The translations under genes were made by a program, and so were the position numbers. The notes under the pieces are model-generated. The model ran no database searches and was not told the DNA's origin. It saw nothing but the letters and a program-made list of their open reading frames with translations. From the NCBI GenBank assembly GCA_036172245.1, contig JAYWIR010000030.1:1984001-2048000 (forward strand): a stretch of DNA of 64,000 nt, read 5' to 3'. Within the stretch, counting starts at the first letter, position 1. Each line of letters opens with the position of its first letter. Source of the DNA: Raillietiella orientalis (taxonomy: Eukaryota). Shown piece after piece: positions 51,421-63,149 of the stretch.

Positions 51421-52499
51421 AACTGGTATCTCCGAAGACAGGAGAAGACGGCGACGTTGGACGGATGAAAAGGAGGAAGAGGAGGAGGAGGAGGAGGAGG
51501 AAGAGAGAAGTCATCAGGAAGCGTTCTGCTCTTTTCGTTTCCTGAGCCGCCTCTCATCCGCAGAGATGAAGACGCGCGAGGATCCAAGAAAGAAGGGAAA
51601 ATGTAGCTGTTGCGGGTGAATTTTTAGCATCCGCCCACGCCTTCTTCTCCTTCCCTTCTTTCCCTCCGAGGAGCGTCGGGGTCAAGGCGCATACCGAACG
51701 CCTGCCAACTCCCCGCAAACACGACGGCTAAGAGCCATTCATCCTCCCACGCGGCTCGCGCTCGCTACCTGCCCTCCGCCCCCGCCAAGTCCACGCAGCG
51801 GATGCGCGACTGGAACCACGCAGGAGGCGCGGCGGCCACCGCCGGAGAGCCCCGCCTCCCTCAAGCGGAGTCTCCGGCCGTCACGTGCCGTCCAAGAGGA
51901 AGATCGCTCGTTTTTTCCCGGCAGTACCTCCCGGCAGAGCTCCCCCTCCCGGTTTCCGAGGAGACCGTATCTCCTTGGCTGAACCGATACGCAGAGGGAG
52001 CGGAAGAGTCTGCTCGCATTCTGCCCCTGGAACGGAAGGATTCACCACCGACTCACGAGCTCCCCAGGGGGTCCTCGGGCATCTGAAGAGCAACTCTTTG
52101 CTCTCGTTCCTTTCTTTTGCCTCCTGGCGAAGACTGAGGCTACGCGTGCCTGTGAGCGGGAGACGCGGGGTCTCACGAGCGAAAGCGCGCGGCGCAGCAC
52201 AGAGGTGGCTTCCCCATCTGGCGCTTTCTGGGCAGAATAAACGGTAATCTCCGGGAGTTCCTTTTTTTCTTCCCAGAATACTGAGAGTGACCTTGCAGTC
52301 CGCGTGGCTCCTGCTGCTCTGTCACCACCTGGTGAGTTCTCTGCTTCTCGGAGGTCCTCAGCGGGAAGAAACCAGCCTCTCCGGCACGAAATAGTCGACG
52401 AAGAATTGGTCCCGGCAGGTCTGCTACATCTCCGCGAACGGAGAATGTCTCTGGTCGATGATTTCGTCGCGCGCGCAGCTCAGCAGAGCTCCTCTCCTC

Positions 52500-53790
52500 T
52501 CTTCCAGGAAGCTTCGCGGGATGCGACGACGGGATTGCTCAGGAATTTCAGGAGAGCGTTAAGGGAGCCTGCCGGCGCTTGTCGATTCTGCCTGCTGGAT
52601 AGAGGGAAACGTCCTGGAGGACTGCTGGGGACTTTCGGAGTCACGTGGTTCCCGTCCCACCGGCAGAACCGAGACGACCCACTGACCGGCGCGGAGAGCG
52701 TGTCCTCTCCGTGTCGTATGTTTTCCTTCCTTTGGACATTTCCTGGAAGTGGCTGGTCGAGCGAGTGGGTGCTGGGAGAATCTTCCGAGTGACGAGCTCT
52801 CGGATAAGCAGCAGCGCCGGCTCTCTCGGACGCCGCGCATCGCGGCAGAGGCCAGCTCTTCCCCGCTAGCGACTCCAGGAAGCCTTGGAGCCCTCCCCGA
52901 GTCTCCTCTTCCTCCGGCAGATCGGCTTCTTCCACTCCCCCCTCGTCAGCTTCGTGATCACGCAGGCGGAGACCTCTGGCCGCTTGCCGGCCTACGAACG
53001 TGAAATCCCATGAACGAGCGTACTTAAGCGAATGCCCTCGCCCGTCGCGTCACGACGCAGTGAGCGCCTGAAGTCAAGCAGATCCCTCAGCGCTCCCCAC
53101 CAGAGGCGGCTTGGAGGCGGGGCAGGCGGAGGGAGGCATGATGGAGTCTGGTTTCCGATGCCGTGCTGCTCCTGGAAGAGAGGACGTGATAGGTGCTGAC
53201 GTCATTCGCGTCCCTGCTTCCGAGGCTGAGCGGTACCAGAAACTGGGCGAGAGTCCACGCTCGCGATCAGGGTGACGCGTCCCCCAGAATGTTCGACCTC
53301 TTTGGTGAGTGGCCGTTCCATAGGACAAGCGCGCTGCCCCCCAACTTCTGAACAGAAGATCGGACCGCTTCACGGAGCCGGGGGACCCAGTCCATCTGAC
53401 ACAACTCTTCAGATAACTGTGAAGGCAACCTCCCGACTTCTGGAAGTGATCACACTGCTCTTCGGCAAGGAACGCGATCGTGTCACATCTGGTGCTTCGC
53501 TCTCCCACGCAAAGTTCATAGTTTCCACCCCTTGGCTTGCTCGCAGGAGGCGTTTCCAAGGAGACGGCGAGGCCCTTCTCGTGATGAGGCCGCCACACGA
53601 CGAAGCGGTCGGACTGGACCGCCCGACTTGGTCGCTAGCGTCTTCCGCGCTTTGAAAGGGCCTCATATCGCACTGGGGTTTCGTCCCTTTCGATAACCTA
53701 TGGTTGTGCGCGCTTTTTCTCAGGCCAAAGAGCTGCGGCAGCTCAGGGAACCAAGCGGGGAACACGCAGTCAGAGAAATTCCAGGAAGAG
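52500..53790 (-). mobile_element. 5'-truncated degenerate LINE RT/thumb
   Basis: LSKGTKPQCDMRP (~SRGxRQGCPLSP), FQKSGGCLHSYLKS (~FxxxSGxxxNxxKS), LPEEEETRGGL. Confidence 0.5.
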
Positions 53791-56550
53791 TTTTCAACCG
53801 GGTGTGCCGGGGCGTTTATTTCATAACATTGACAGTCTCTGTGGTTGGACCGCCGGTCCAACCACATCCTTTTCAGAACAAACCTGCCACCTTACCGGTG
53901 CGTAGACCGGTGAAACCCGCCACGGCAACAGAGGAGAGGGGACACAAAAAAAGAAAAAGATAAACTTAGGAGGGTGCGGGAAGGGATCACGTCCTGCTGT
54001 GGGCGGTACTCTTCATCCTTTGGAGGGTACCGGCAAGTTCTTGCTGTATGCTGTCCTTCAGGTGAGAGCATCTTGTTGCCATCCTCACGAAGCGGACGGC
54101 AAAGTGGATGTGGCAGCCCTGTCGCTCGGTCTTCCTCTTGCGCCGCTCCAGGAATTAACGATTCCGCGTATACAGCAAAGAGCTGCAAGAGAGGCTGCCG
54201 GCCGAAGCACAGCGCGTAGGAATCGGGGTCGTAAAGCGCCCCTGTAGTTGCCGCCTGGGGCTCCTAGGGTTGCGACAGAGCGTTTCCAGAAGGGCCGGAG
54301 GGCAACACAATCCACAAGCAGGTGCGGAAGGGATCCATGATACTCTCGCCTGCCTCAGTTCGGACTCACTCTTCCCCTTCCCTTCCCTTCCCCTCCCCCC
54401 CGGGTCTAGTGATGTCGGCGAGAGTTGCATGGGAGATCCCATTACTACCGACTCCAGCCACTTCAAGGGAAGGGTTTGAGTGTCCAAGAGCACTGGGGGC
54501 CGCTGCAGGACTTTCTCCAAAATACCCAGCAGCTCGCTTCAGCGCAAAAGTCCTCGAGGTGGGTCACTCGAGTTCGCGGCCCATCGTCCGCTCACTCAGT
54601 GCTTTCCTCCTGCCGGACATTTGCACCGAGACCTCCCATCTAGCCGGAGGGCTGCTGCCCATGTGTTCCCTCAAAGAGGGCAGAGCTGGGGCAAGGGAGG
54701 TTGTCAATCCTTCCCACGCACTTTTCAGAGAGTGTTCCAGGATCTCCTGGAGCGAGCAGTTGTTATGAGCACAGCTCAGCAAACGCTATGTCTGTTCCGG
54801 GCATGACTCGTTGTGCTGCGCCCACGTGCGAATGGTTCCCTGTACTTGAGGAAGAGGGTGGCTGGTGGCCAGCAAATGTATTGGGGGGCATTCCGGTCAC
54901 TGGCCAGAATGAACCGGTGTCAGCGAGTTTCCGGTCGGTTTACCGGGTGCTGGACATTCTGATGGATCTACCCGAACGCTTTTCGCGTGCACCGAAAAAA
55001 GAATTCTCCGTCACATGATCAGCAGCACCCCTCCGAGGCGGCTGGCGTTTCCGTTTCCGAACTGAAATCCCGACTTTTTCTGCAGCGGAAAGCGGGCTTG
55101 CATCACTGGGGGGATCTTTTCCCCGATCCATTCCAGAAGAGGAATTTTCAGGGATCGTGTCCTGCTTCACGACCGATCAAAAGCGAGAAGTCAGTTCCTT
55201 GAGTGCACTGATGCTCTCTGGTGCGTGCCATCGCACCAGGGGGGTCCCTTTTCTCAGGACACACGAAAAAATTCTTCAAATACTCCACAGTTCGAAGAGC
55301 TGGAGAAATCCGGCGTGATGTGTCACTCGCAGCATCCTGCGATCAAACCAAAAGATAAAACGGGGAGCGCCTGTGAGAAAGTTCCCGCGCAGGGAAGCAC
55401 GCTCGTTGGCATGCAGGAAAACCCTCGCGTGTGCTCACGGAAGGGAGAGTAGTTGTCGAAAGAAGGGAACGGCATAGGTATGAAGATATCCCATCGGTCA
55501 CTTTCTTTTTCCGGAAAAGAATGCCACTCCTGCCAGATCTGTATCGCTCCCTAGCACCGTGCGTCAGCTTCCTTTTCTTCGAGGCAGTTTGCTGTTCTGA
55601 ACCCGTCGGAGCAATTGGTACATCCCTTTCTGTGCATAGGAAACTTGTGGGGAGGCAAATGATTCTTGCAATACTCTCTCCTTACCAAGTTTCCAACCTT
55701 TCCTCTCGCGTCTTTTTAGTTTTCTCCAGGAGGATCAGTTGCAATTGAAAAGGGGATTTCTCAAGTTTTATTTGCGACTCATCCTGAAACGGGTTGATTG
55801 CGTTTTTCTTCTCGCTGAGGGAACAAGTGGCTGCTTCATCTTCCCTGGAGAGTCAACTCGATGGCATCTCCGTGACCGAAGCATCATAGGTGTGGTCGCG
55901 TTTTTCGATGTGCTGCTGGAAATCAGCATCATGTGAGAAGGTGGTTTCTTTCAAGTGTCGCCAGACACGTCAGGGAAAAGTGCAGTTTTTCAGAGGGTGG
56001 TGCAGCTGTCGTCAGCGGAGGTCCACCACGCCGTTTGCGGAGGAAGTCGCATCTCCAATCAAGGAACCCGTCGCATCTCGTTTCAATGAATGCGGTGAAG
56101 ATGGCCAATTTCCTCCGCGAAAGCTCTGAACAATTAACTTCCCTATGTTTCCGCCATTTTCGAAGACATTTTAAGAGCTTGCACCTTTTAGGTGAGTCCC
56201 TGAACTGATGCTGTGCGTCTATTTTTAGCTTTCACGTATTTGTTCAGCCCAAACTGAGAGGGGTGAACGAGTTCCTTTTCCAGAAAGCTCCAGGCTTTCC
56301 CGAAGACAGCGGGCACCCCAGGCTATCGCAATCGCTTCTCCCAGCATACAACTGTCAAGGCACAGAGCAAAGGTAGCTGCAAAATGACGAACCCTTTGCA
56401 GAAAGCAGCAGCAGCAAGAAAAAGTCTTTCGGAAGAAAGGAAGCTTTTTTTTGGACCAGAGTGCCAGGCCTTTCAGAGGACCAATGCTAGTAATGAGCTC
56501 TAAATCTGATCTCCATCTTATTTATCATGTAATTAAGATAGTTGAAGCTC
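53790..56550 (-). mobile_element. Degenerate LINE RT to 3' UTR
   Basis: TFALCLDSCML (~RPIxLxNxDYK), LVHPSQFG (~LIxPxQxGF), zf-RVT HLLVDC..FW, and a 3' UTR with stem-loop and AATAAA. Confidence 0.7.
53971..54694 (+). repeat. 724-bp direct repeat, copy 2 (partner 34743-35466)
   Basis: One SNP relative to copy 1; ORF-track translations of the two copies are near-identical. Confidence 0.95.
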
Positions 56551-59500
56551 AGTCGTAAAGTGAATGCCTGCGAGTGGTGATGCGCTTTCCGTGGTGGACC
56601 GTAAAGCCGTGTCATTCAAGAGAAGGATTCAAGTGGGAATCCGATTTGAATTACTGATTATGAAGATCAGTGAGGAGTTCAAGTCTCTGCATTATAAGGA
56701 GGTTGAGCTGCTACGGGGGACGAAGGTCAGTGAGCGAGAGTGAAACCCGAAGGATTCGGAGATGACTTCACGACGGTAGCTGCACGCTGCACACAGATGA
56801 CGTTGATGCACCATCCGAAATGCATCGTGTTTTCCGAGAGAGCAACTGCTTTATCCGACCTGTTTAGCTGGCGGACAATCACAGGAGGACTTTTTTGAAT
56901 GGAGAAACAATTTTGGCCATTCAGCAGACAATTTTGTTTGCAGTGACCGTGACGAAGAATTGAAAAACACAAAATAACAGTTGAAGAATGCAACGAGAGA
57001 AAAAAAGAAAGGAAGAAATAGGAATTCGAAATTTTATCCATTTGCGACCTTAAACAAACGGGAACATCCGAGGACCTCTGGAAACAAAACTCAGCTTCGA
57101 GCGGTCTGGTTCGCACACGCAACCCGGTTCTTCTTACTCCCTTGTTCGGGATGTAAAAACAGTGCCTCACCATCAGCAGATTGCTCGCAAAGTATTCCTG
57201 TCAGGACGCGGCGAAGGTTATGCACGGGTTGCACCGAATTTCAGAGCGGTCCCAGCCGGTACGCTGGGAAGAGTGGGCCGTGTGTTCACCGGTGAGTCTT
57301 ACCCAGAAAAGCTTTCAGATCACGGTGATCTCTAAAGGAGCCTGGAGGAATGGCACGACGAAATGCAACACAAGATTAAGTTCTTCGTTACCCGAAAGCC
57401 ATCCTCTATCTTTACCGATGAATGCAGGGCTCAAGTGAGATGCCTGCACGCGAGACGTCTTTTCGAGCTCAGGCAGCGGCGATTCTTTTCGGTGAATCGT
57501 TCCTCGGTTTCATCTTCTTCGGCCAGAATCGACGGACATTTGGTTTATCGGTGTCTGATTCCTAAACCCTTTATTAATCCACTTAAAAGATCATCTGAAG
57601 CATCGGAAGGATTTTCCACATAATTCCTCCCTGACTACTGTGGAAGTCAGTTTTGCATTCCATTCGGAGCACCCTCTCAAGTTTCACTCATGCAGCTCCT
57701 CACGCAGAATCCTCGAGGTGTTCATCAACCAATATGGAGTCGACACCTACAGTAAACACCCCATGCAAATAAGTAGGAGAATGGGGTGTTTTCAGAGGAG
57801 TTTTCCCCGTGAGACAGTCTCTTGGAAGGGTACTGAGAGGGCGGGAGTGATACACAAACAGTGATCAATCAGAGGAGTTGGTCAGGATGTAGCTTTTGCA
57901 GGCAGTCCATGTCTTCTTTGCTCAGATGCTCGATATTTTTTCTCACCTCAATTTTTGGATCTGTAAAATGAGACCACAGCCAGCGACGGAAGCCATGCTG
58001 AAGCTGGCTAATTTACAGCTTCTGCGCTGTTGTTACTCCTCGCTCGTTGATCTCATAAATTCGAAGATCGGAGCACCAATTGAAGTTACATTTGGTGGGG
58101 TCTCCCACGTTTAATTTATCTCTTAAATATGCGTTTGCTCCTAACGTTGTGTGATCTATCATCTCCTGTTAAAAGAGTTAGTGATCCGAAACAGACGGCA
58201 TGCTGAAAAAAAATATGCCTTTTTTTGGGGGGGGAGCTTCTTTAAAGAATTCTCCACGAGTGATTCATCAACTCCTTTCCTGCGATCCGCTGTGCTCGAA
58301 GTCAAGCATTTTTTTTCAGCAAGCTTTATCAAACAGACCTCATCTCTCTTCGCTGTTGATTCCATTCGGGTTTCCTCCAGCAATCTTGCTCATGCTTCGC
58401 TACTGGCTCTGGCATCCCTGATTTCAGTATCTTGCGTGCGCATCCCAAAAGGAAAGTGAAGCGAGCTCTAGCAGCAATGGTAGCGGAACCGATTCTTTCT
58501 GCATCCCTCATCTACCTGGAAGAAAGCCCGCGTCTCTTTCCCTTTCTCTGTACGCGTGCGTTTTGGCTTCATTTGCACTTTCTATGCAGAGAAAGATGCA
58601 GCAGCAGAAAGTGTCTGAAGGTCCGAAGCTTACGAGCCTTTCCTTGCCAAACCCTGTACTCTTCGGAGCTCGGAATGCCTTTCGAGGCCAGGCCTCCGCC
58701 ATCCTTCCGCGTGTTGACTTTTCCGTTTCGGAGCCATCGAGCGGCTGCCCGCTCGCCGTAGTCAAACAAGCGGATCGCCCGCCTCCATGTACTTTGGACG
58801 TTCGTTTTCCTGGTATCCTGGGGCCTTGGAGACGCGTTCTTGATAAGCATTTTCTTGTGAGATCGTAATTGGTGGATGAGGTGATTAATGCCTTCTTGGG
58901 GCTATCTCAGAGAGAGCTGGACTAGGATTCTGAGAATCGCCACCACACGTTTCGCGTCACTTTCTGTCCGCGGTGTGTTTTCCTCGGAGCTCACTTGATT
59001 CGCTTATGCGGCAGGTCTTCGCCAATGGTGATCTACTACCCGCTTTGAAGTGAGCTCTTCGAGTGACTCTCTGGGATGGCTGTGACTTCTTAACGGCTGT
59101 CCTTGAAAAAGACAACCTGAGAGAAGGCAATATAAAATGGTTCTGGATTTCTGTGGTGGAACACGGGATAAGCTATTGGAATGTTTGAAGGTTGTAATAA
59201 CCCTGGCGTGGCGCGCCACCGTTCGGGGGTTCGCCGGTGCTGCGAAATGGGCGGACGTCGCATGCACTCGTGCAGCTACGGTATCCCGGTGGCACTCTGT
59301 TTCTGCCACACAGCTCCGTAACCTTCCCAACCATTTCTTCTTCGTTTCCCTAGCAAAGAGCACAAAACGAACACACGGGCGGCCTAATGGAGAAATTAGC
59401 CTAATGGGCGGAATCCACTTTTCGAATTGGATCAGTGGATGGACTGAGGCTTGGGAGAAACCGGAGGGAAACGGCGCTGGCGTGCAGAAACCCAACACCC

Positions 59501-60404
59501 GAGTTTTTCTGGGGATTGAATGGTAATGACGGCCAATCGCGGTACGGTGAACACGGCGTCCGCGTTAATCGCTCTCGTGGTCATTTGCCGATCTTGCAGA
59601 GGGCGGACAAAAACCTCTGCAGAGATGCGCATAGCAGATTGCGAGGTGAGCAGTGGTGGGCATTCTCGGACTTTGGTTTCACTCGTCTCGAACGAAATGG
59701 AAACCGTTTTCGGCCTATTCGTCTTAGCGGCCGCGCAGGAGAAAGTCTGGCGTGAGTCAAGGCGAAAACCTGCTCTCATCCGAAGGAGAGAGTTGGGATT
59801 GCCGAGCAAAAAACGAGCAGTAATGCTTTCTGCTTTCCTACGTGAAGAAACGAACGCTCAGTCCAACTACCCCAGGGCGGTTTTTTGTAATTTCCAGCGT
59901 GGGTATCGGCCGTCTCCTTGCATTCGATGCACAGTCGTAGTTTCCAGCACACCTCGGTGGATACACGCAGGAGATGCAAACCATGCAGCCATCTTATTGT
60001 AGTAGAAACAATAAGAGGTGCGTGCAACTCGTTATGGGAAGGATCACCAGACCTTTTGTGCTTCTACGAACCGCGAAAAGGTGATAATGGGTTCTCCTTA
60101 TTGGTTTCAAGTTTGCAATTTTGTAGAGCTTTGGGCGTGAACCACTCCAGAGATGTACCTGGCATTTTTTCGCACAGAGCAAAGAATTTTTCTTTTTTTT
60201 TTCCCCTCGCAACTTTCCTTGAATCCTAATTAGTATTCTTTTCTCCTTCCTTCCTTTGACTTTTGAAGTGATAGACTTTCCTCGTCTCGTCACCTCTTGA
60301 CGTTGCTATGAAACGTGCACTTAAATTGGACCAGTCGGTTTTTAATTATTCCTCTTTTTTTGCGTGAAGCAGCAGTCGGGAACGGTCTTCTTTCTGCATG
60401 GAGT

Positions 60405-60500
60405 TTTTTTCTCTCTCTCTCCCTCCTCCTCCACCCCCCCTCCCTTCTTTCGCTTTCTTTTCTTTTCGTTTCCTTCTTTTTTTTCTTTTTTTCTTTTTTT
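60405..60500 (+). repeat. Pyrimidine-rich low-complexity tract
   Basis: T/C runs interrupting the LINE remnant. Confidence 0.8.
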
Positions 60501-60959
60501 TGCGACGAGAATTCTTACGCAAAACTGCTGCAAGCCAGCTATAAGAACCCAAATATTTGCTTAAGGATTTCTCAGGAAAACACGGCGAAAAATTCGGCGT
60601 TAGATCTTGCTGCCGGTCGTAGTACGAATTCGGCTGTTTTCACAATCTCGTTCACCGCTCCCCTCGAGAAGAAAACACATTTCGGGTACTCTACCGGAAT
60701 CTGAGGATGCAACGTGATGGAAGGTGAGGCAAAAACGATATTCGCGTGTTTGTCATCGGAAGGTCCTCTCGACACGAGAAGAAGCTCCGAAAATGGAGGA
60801 AAAGCACACTGAAAAAAGGACTCCCGTTCGGAGTGGTGTTGCCCTTCTGGTGAAGGAAACTCGCAATTCGTCACGGCAACGAGCGCGCATAATGTAATAC
60901 GGAGCAACTCGCGGGGCAACACAACCTGACTGGTTTCTATTTTTAAAGTCAAACACCCG

Positions 60960-61009
60960 CGAGCCGATTGTTGCCATCGGACGCGCGCCCGATGGCAACA
61001 ATCGGCTCG
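60960..61009. repeat. Perfect hairpin/palindrome: 21-bp arms, 8-nt loop
   Basis: CGAGCCGATTGTTGCCATCGG-acgcgcgc-CCGATGGCAACAATCGGCTCG. Confidence 0.95.
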
Positions 61010-61199
61010 AGGGTTTTAGGCTATCCTACCCGCCAGTTGCCATGGCGCTCATGTGTGCGCGCGCAATAGGGGTGCAAGGAAGCGCGTAGGAATTCGGAGT
61101 GGCGAACGCCATCGAGTTTTCGGTGGCGGCGCCCATTCGCCAAGACACACGCGACGGAAGCATCGTCACCAGCGAGGTGGATGAGTTCATTCCGGTGGG

Positions 61200-62100
61200 A
61201 CTGATTTACCTTTATTGACCGATCACGAGACGGCGTTTGCTTTCGTGGAGGGAGGCGGAGGGGGGAAGGAACCTCTCTGCCCTAGGGAAGGTGAACTCAT
61301 GCAACTGGGGGATGCCTGCGATCTGGTGGGCTCAAGGAGGAGCATCGATGCTCAACTGGTCTCGGGAGCAAACGAGCAAGAGTCTTGGGATGTGTCTAGT
61401 CCCTGACTGAGGAGAACGCAGCGGACGTGCCGAGCAGGCTGGCTGTTTCGCAACTACCGCCAAGGTGCACGCACCAAATGACAGGCAGGCGGACTCGCTG
61501 TTTGGGGCGCTGCTTGGTTCACGAGAGAACGGTTCCGAAAGAAAGAGTAAGGTGCATCTTCCAATCCTCCTCCCTTTCACCATTCCTTGCTTTACATTCT
61601 CGAAGCCTCTCTCGGAAACTGCGGAGCCCTTAGTGCCGCGGAGGGGCACCATCCGAGTGTCTCGGACGCTGCATTGCGCAGACACGCCTTCATCGCATCA
61701 ACGCCTCAAAGAAAGCGAACGGAGGGAGGAGGTGAGAATGCCTACGGACGAAAGTCACATGCAGCATAAGAGTGGGCGCATTCTCCGCCATTTCGAAGGA
61801 CAGCACGTCCTCTAGGGACAAACTCCTTATCCATTTTGTAGCCGGACAATGGTGCCAGAGGTGGTCACGGATGAATCGAGCCCTCCTGCTGCCGCAGGTG
61901 GCAGTAGGGTGCAAGGACAAGGTAAGGGGGAGGGACGATTCTCTGGCAGGCGAGTTCCCAATCCGGGAAAGCTCTCTGATCTGAGATACCCTCCCTTGTC
62001 TCCAGCTCACACTCGACAGAGGATTTCCTGCGTCTGACTTTTGCACCCGCAGATCTGGAGGAATGAATTGTAGGGTTTTTTCTTCGAAGCTGGATGAGAA
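61200..62100 (+). mobile_element. 5'-truncated degenerate LINE RT
   Basis: AFAFVEG (~QxAFVxG), NDRQADSLF..GSRENG (~NG..F..GxRQG), LHCADT (~LYADD), LRYPP (~RYLG). Confidence 0.55.
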
Positions 62101-63149
62101 CAAACCTTTCCTTCTGCATTCGATAGATGAAGAGTTACTCCGTGAAAAAGGGGTGAAGGAGGGTAAGGTGCTGATCCTTCTGGGGCTGATCCTTTAGAGA
62201 GAGGGAGGATTCTTGTTCCTCGTTCTTCCTCGAGGAGCCAGCAAAACTTTCTCATGTGGTATTCAGCAAACCGAGCGCAGGGACACGTGAAATCGTTTGC
62301 CCCTGCCCGAGGCATGCCGCTTTCAGGTCCTCCACTGCCTCCGTCTTCTTCTCTGGCTCTCTGGAATCTCAGCTCCCTGTTTCGAGGTCGTTTAGGATTT
62401 GCTCTGGGGATTCCGGCACGGAATTCTCCTTCCGCCTCGTGATCTCGGTTTCTCCAGATTGAGGATGCCATCTGCTTTCCTTCTTCCTCTTGCGGACGAG
62501 GATGCTTAACGCTCGCGAACCCCAGTTTGATTTTTCCAAGTAGCACCCGCCCCCGTTTTTGAGGAGGATTTCACATGGAATCTGAGGGCGTTCCGTGAGA
62601 TCTTGGAAGCACATCAGTTGCCTCAGCAAGAATCAGATCGCACGTAGAGAAAGGGGGGGAAGAAGAAGAAGAAGAAAAAACTGGCGTTCCCTATGCTCCA
62701 AAAAGTATTGCATTAAAGAAAAAAAATTCATATCTTTTGTTTTTTTTGAGTCCGGTCGCCATGAACCTTGTGTGAGAAAAATGGCAGGAAGTTCAGAGGA
62801 AGTTTTCGGGGATCCCCGCCCTGCCGACGACGATGACCGCTGATCGTTCACCTTCCCCCTTAACACACACTGAGGCTGACTTGGCTCTCATATCAGCAGC
62901 ACCTGCCTCTTCGGCGTCCGGGACGGTTCCCATTGCGGTAGGAGGGCGGGTAAACGAGCGGATGGCGATATTGCCTCCCCCTCCTCCTCCTCGTTTTCGC
63001 TCTCGGAACCCATCTCCAGCCCGATCGGCTTCGTTCCTGCTCTTCACTTCGATCGGTGTCGCCGTCGTCGGAAGAATTTCACGAGCGATCTGGTGAGGCA
63101 ACAAGGAACCTGACTGACACGCGAACAGCCTTCAGCCTTAGCATCTCTG

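Larger units (their letters stand above)
56700..61150 (+). mobile_element. Near full-length degenerate LINE ORF2
   Basis: SARIDGHLV (~SRIDxxLV), NLAHASLL (~NWRPISLL), RSLRAF, ELGMP, VKQADRPPP (~VRQGDPLSP), TRFASL (~FADD), LAWRATVRGFAG, KPEGNGAGV, CHRKVLST, CCP. Confidence 0.7.

Noticed and set aside
34743..54694. The two direct repeats as LTRs of a 19-kb LTR retrotransposon
   Set aside because: They encode a LINE zf-RVT region, lack TG..CA ends and PBS/PPT, have homologous diverged flanks, and enclose only LINE fragments in mixed orientation with no integrase or protease.
13000..55000. Numerous 100-290 aa ORFs in the ORF track as real genes
   Set aside because: They overlap in several frames and are rich in R/G/S/P/A, typical of chance ORFs in GC-rich DNA. 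Those with recognisable motifs are decayed LINE frames.
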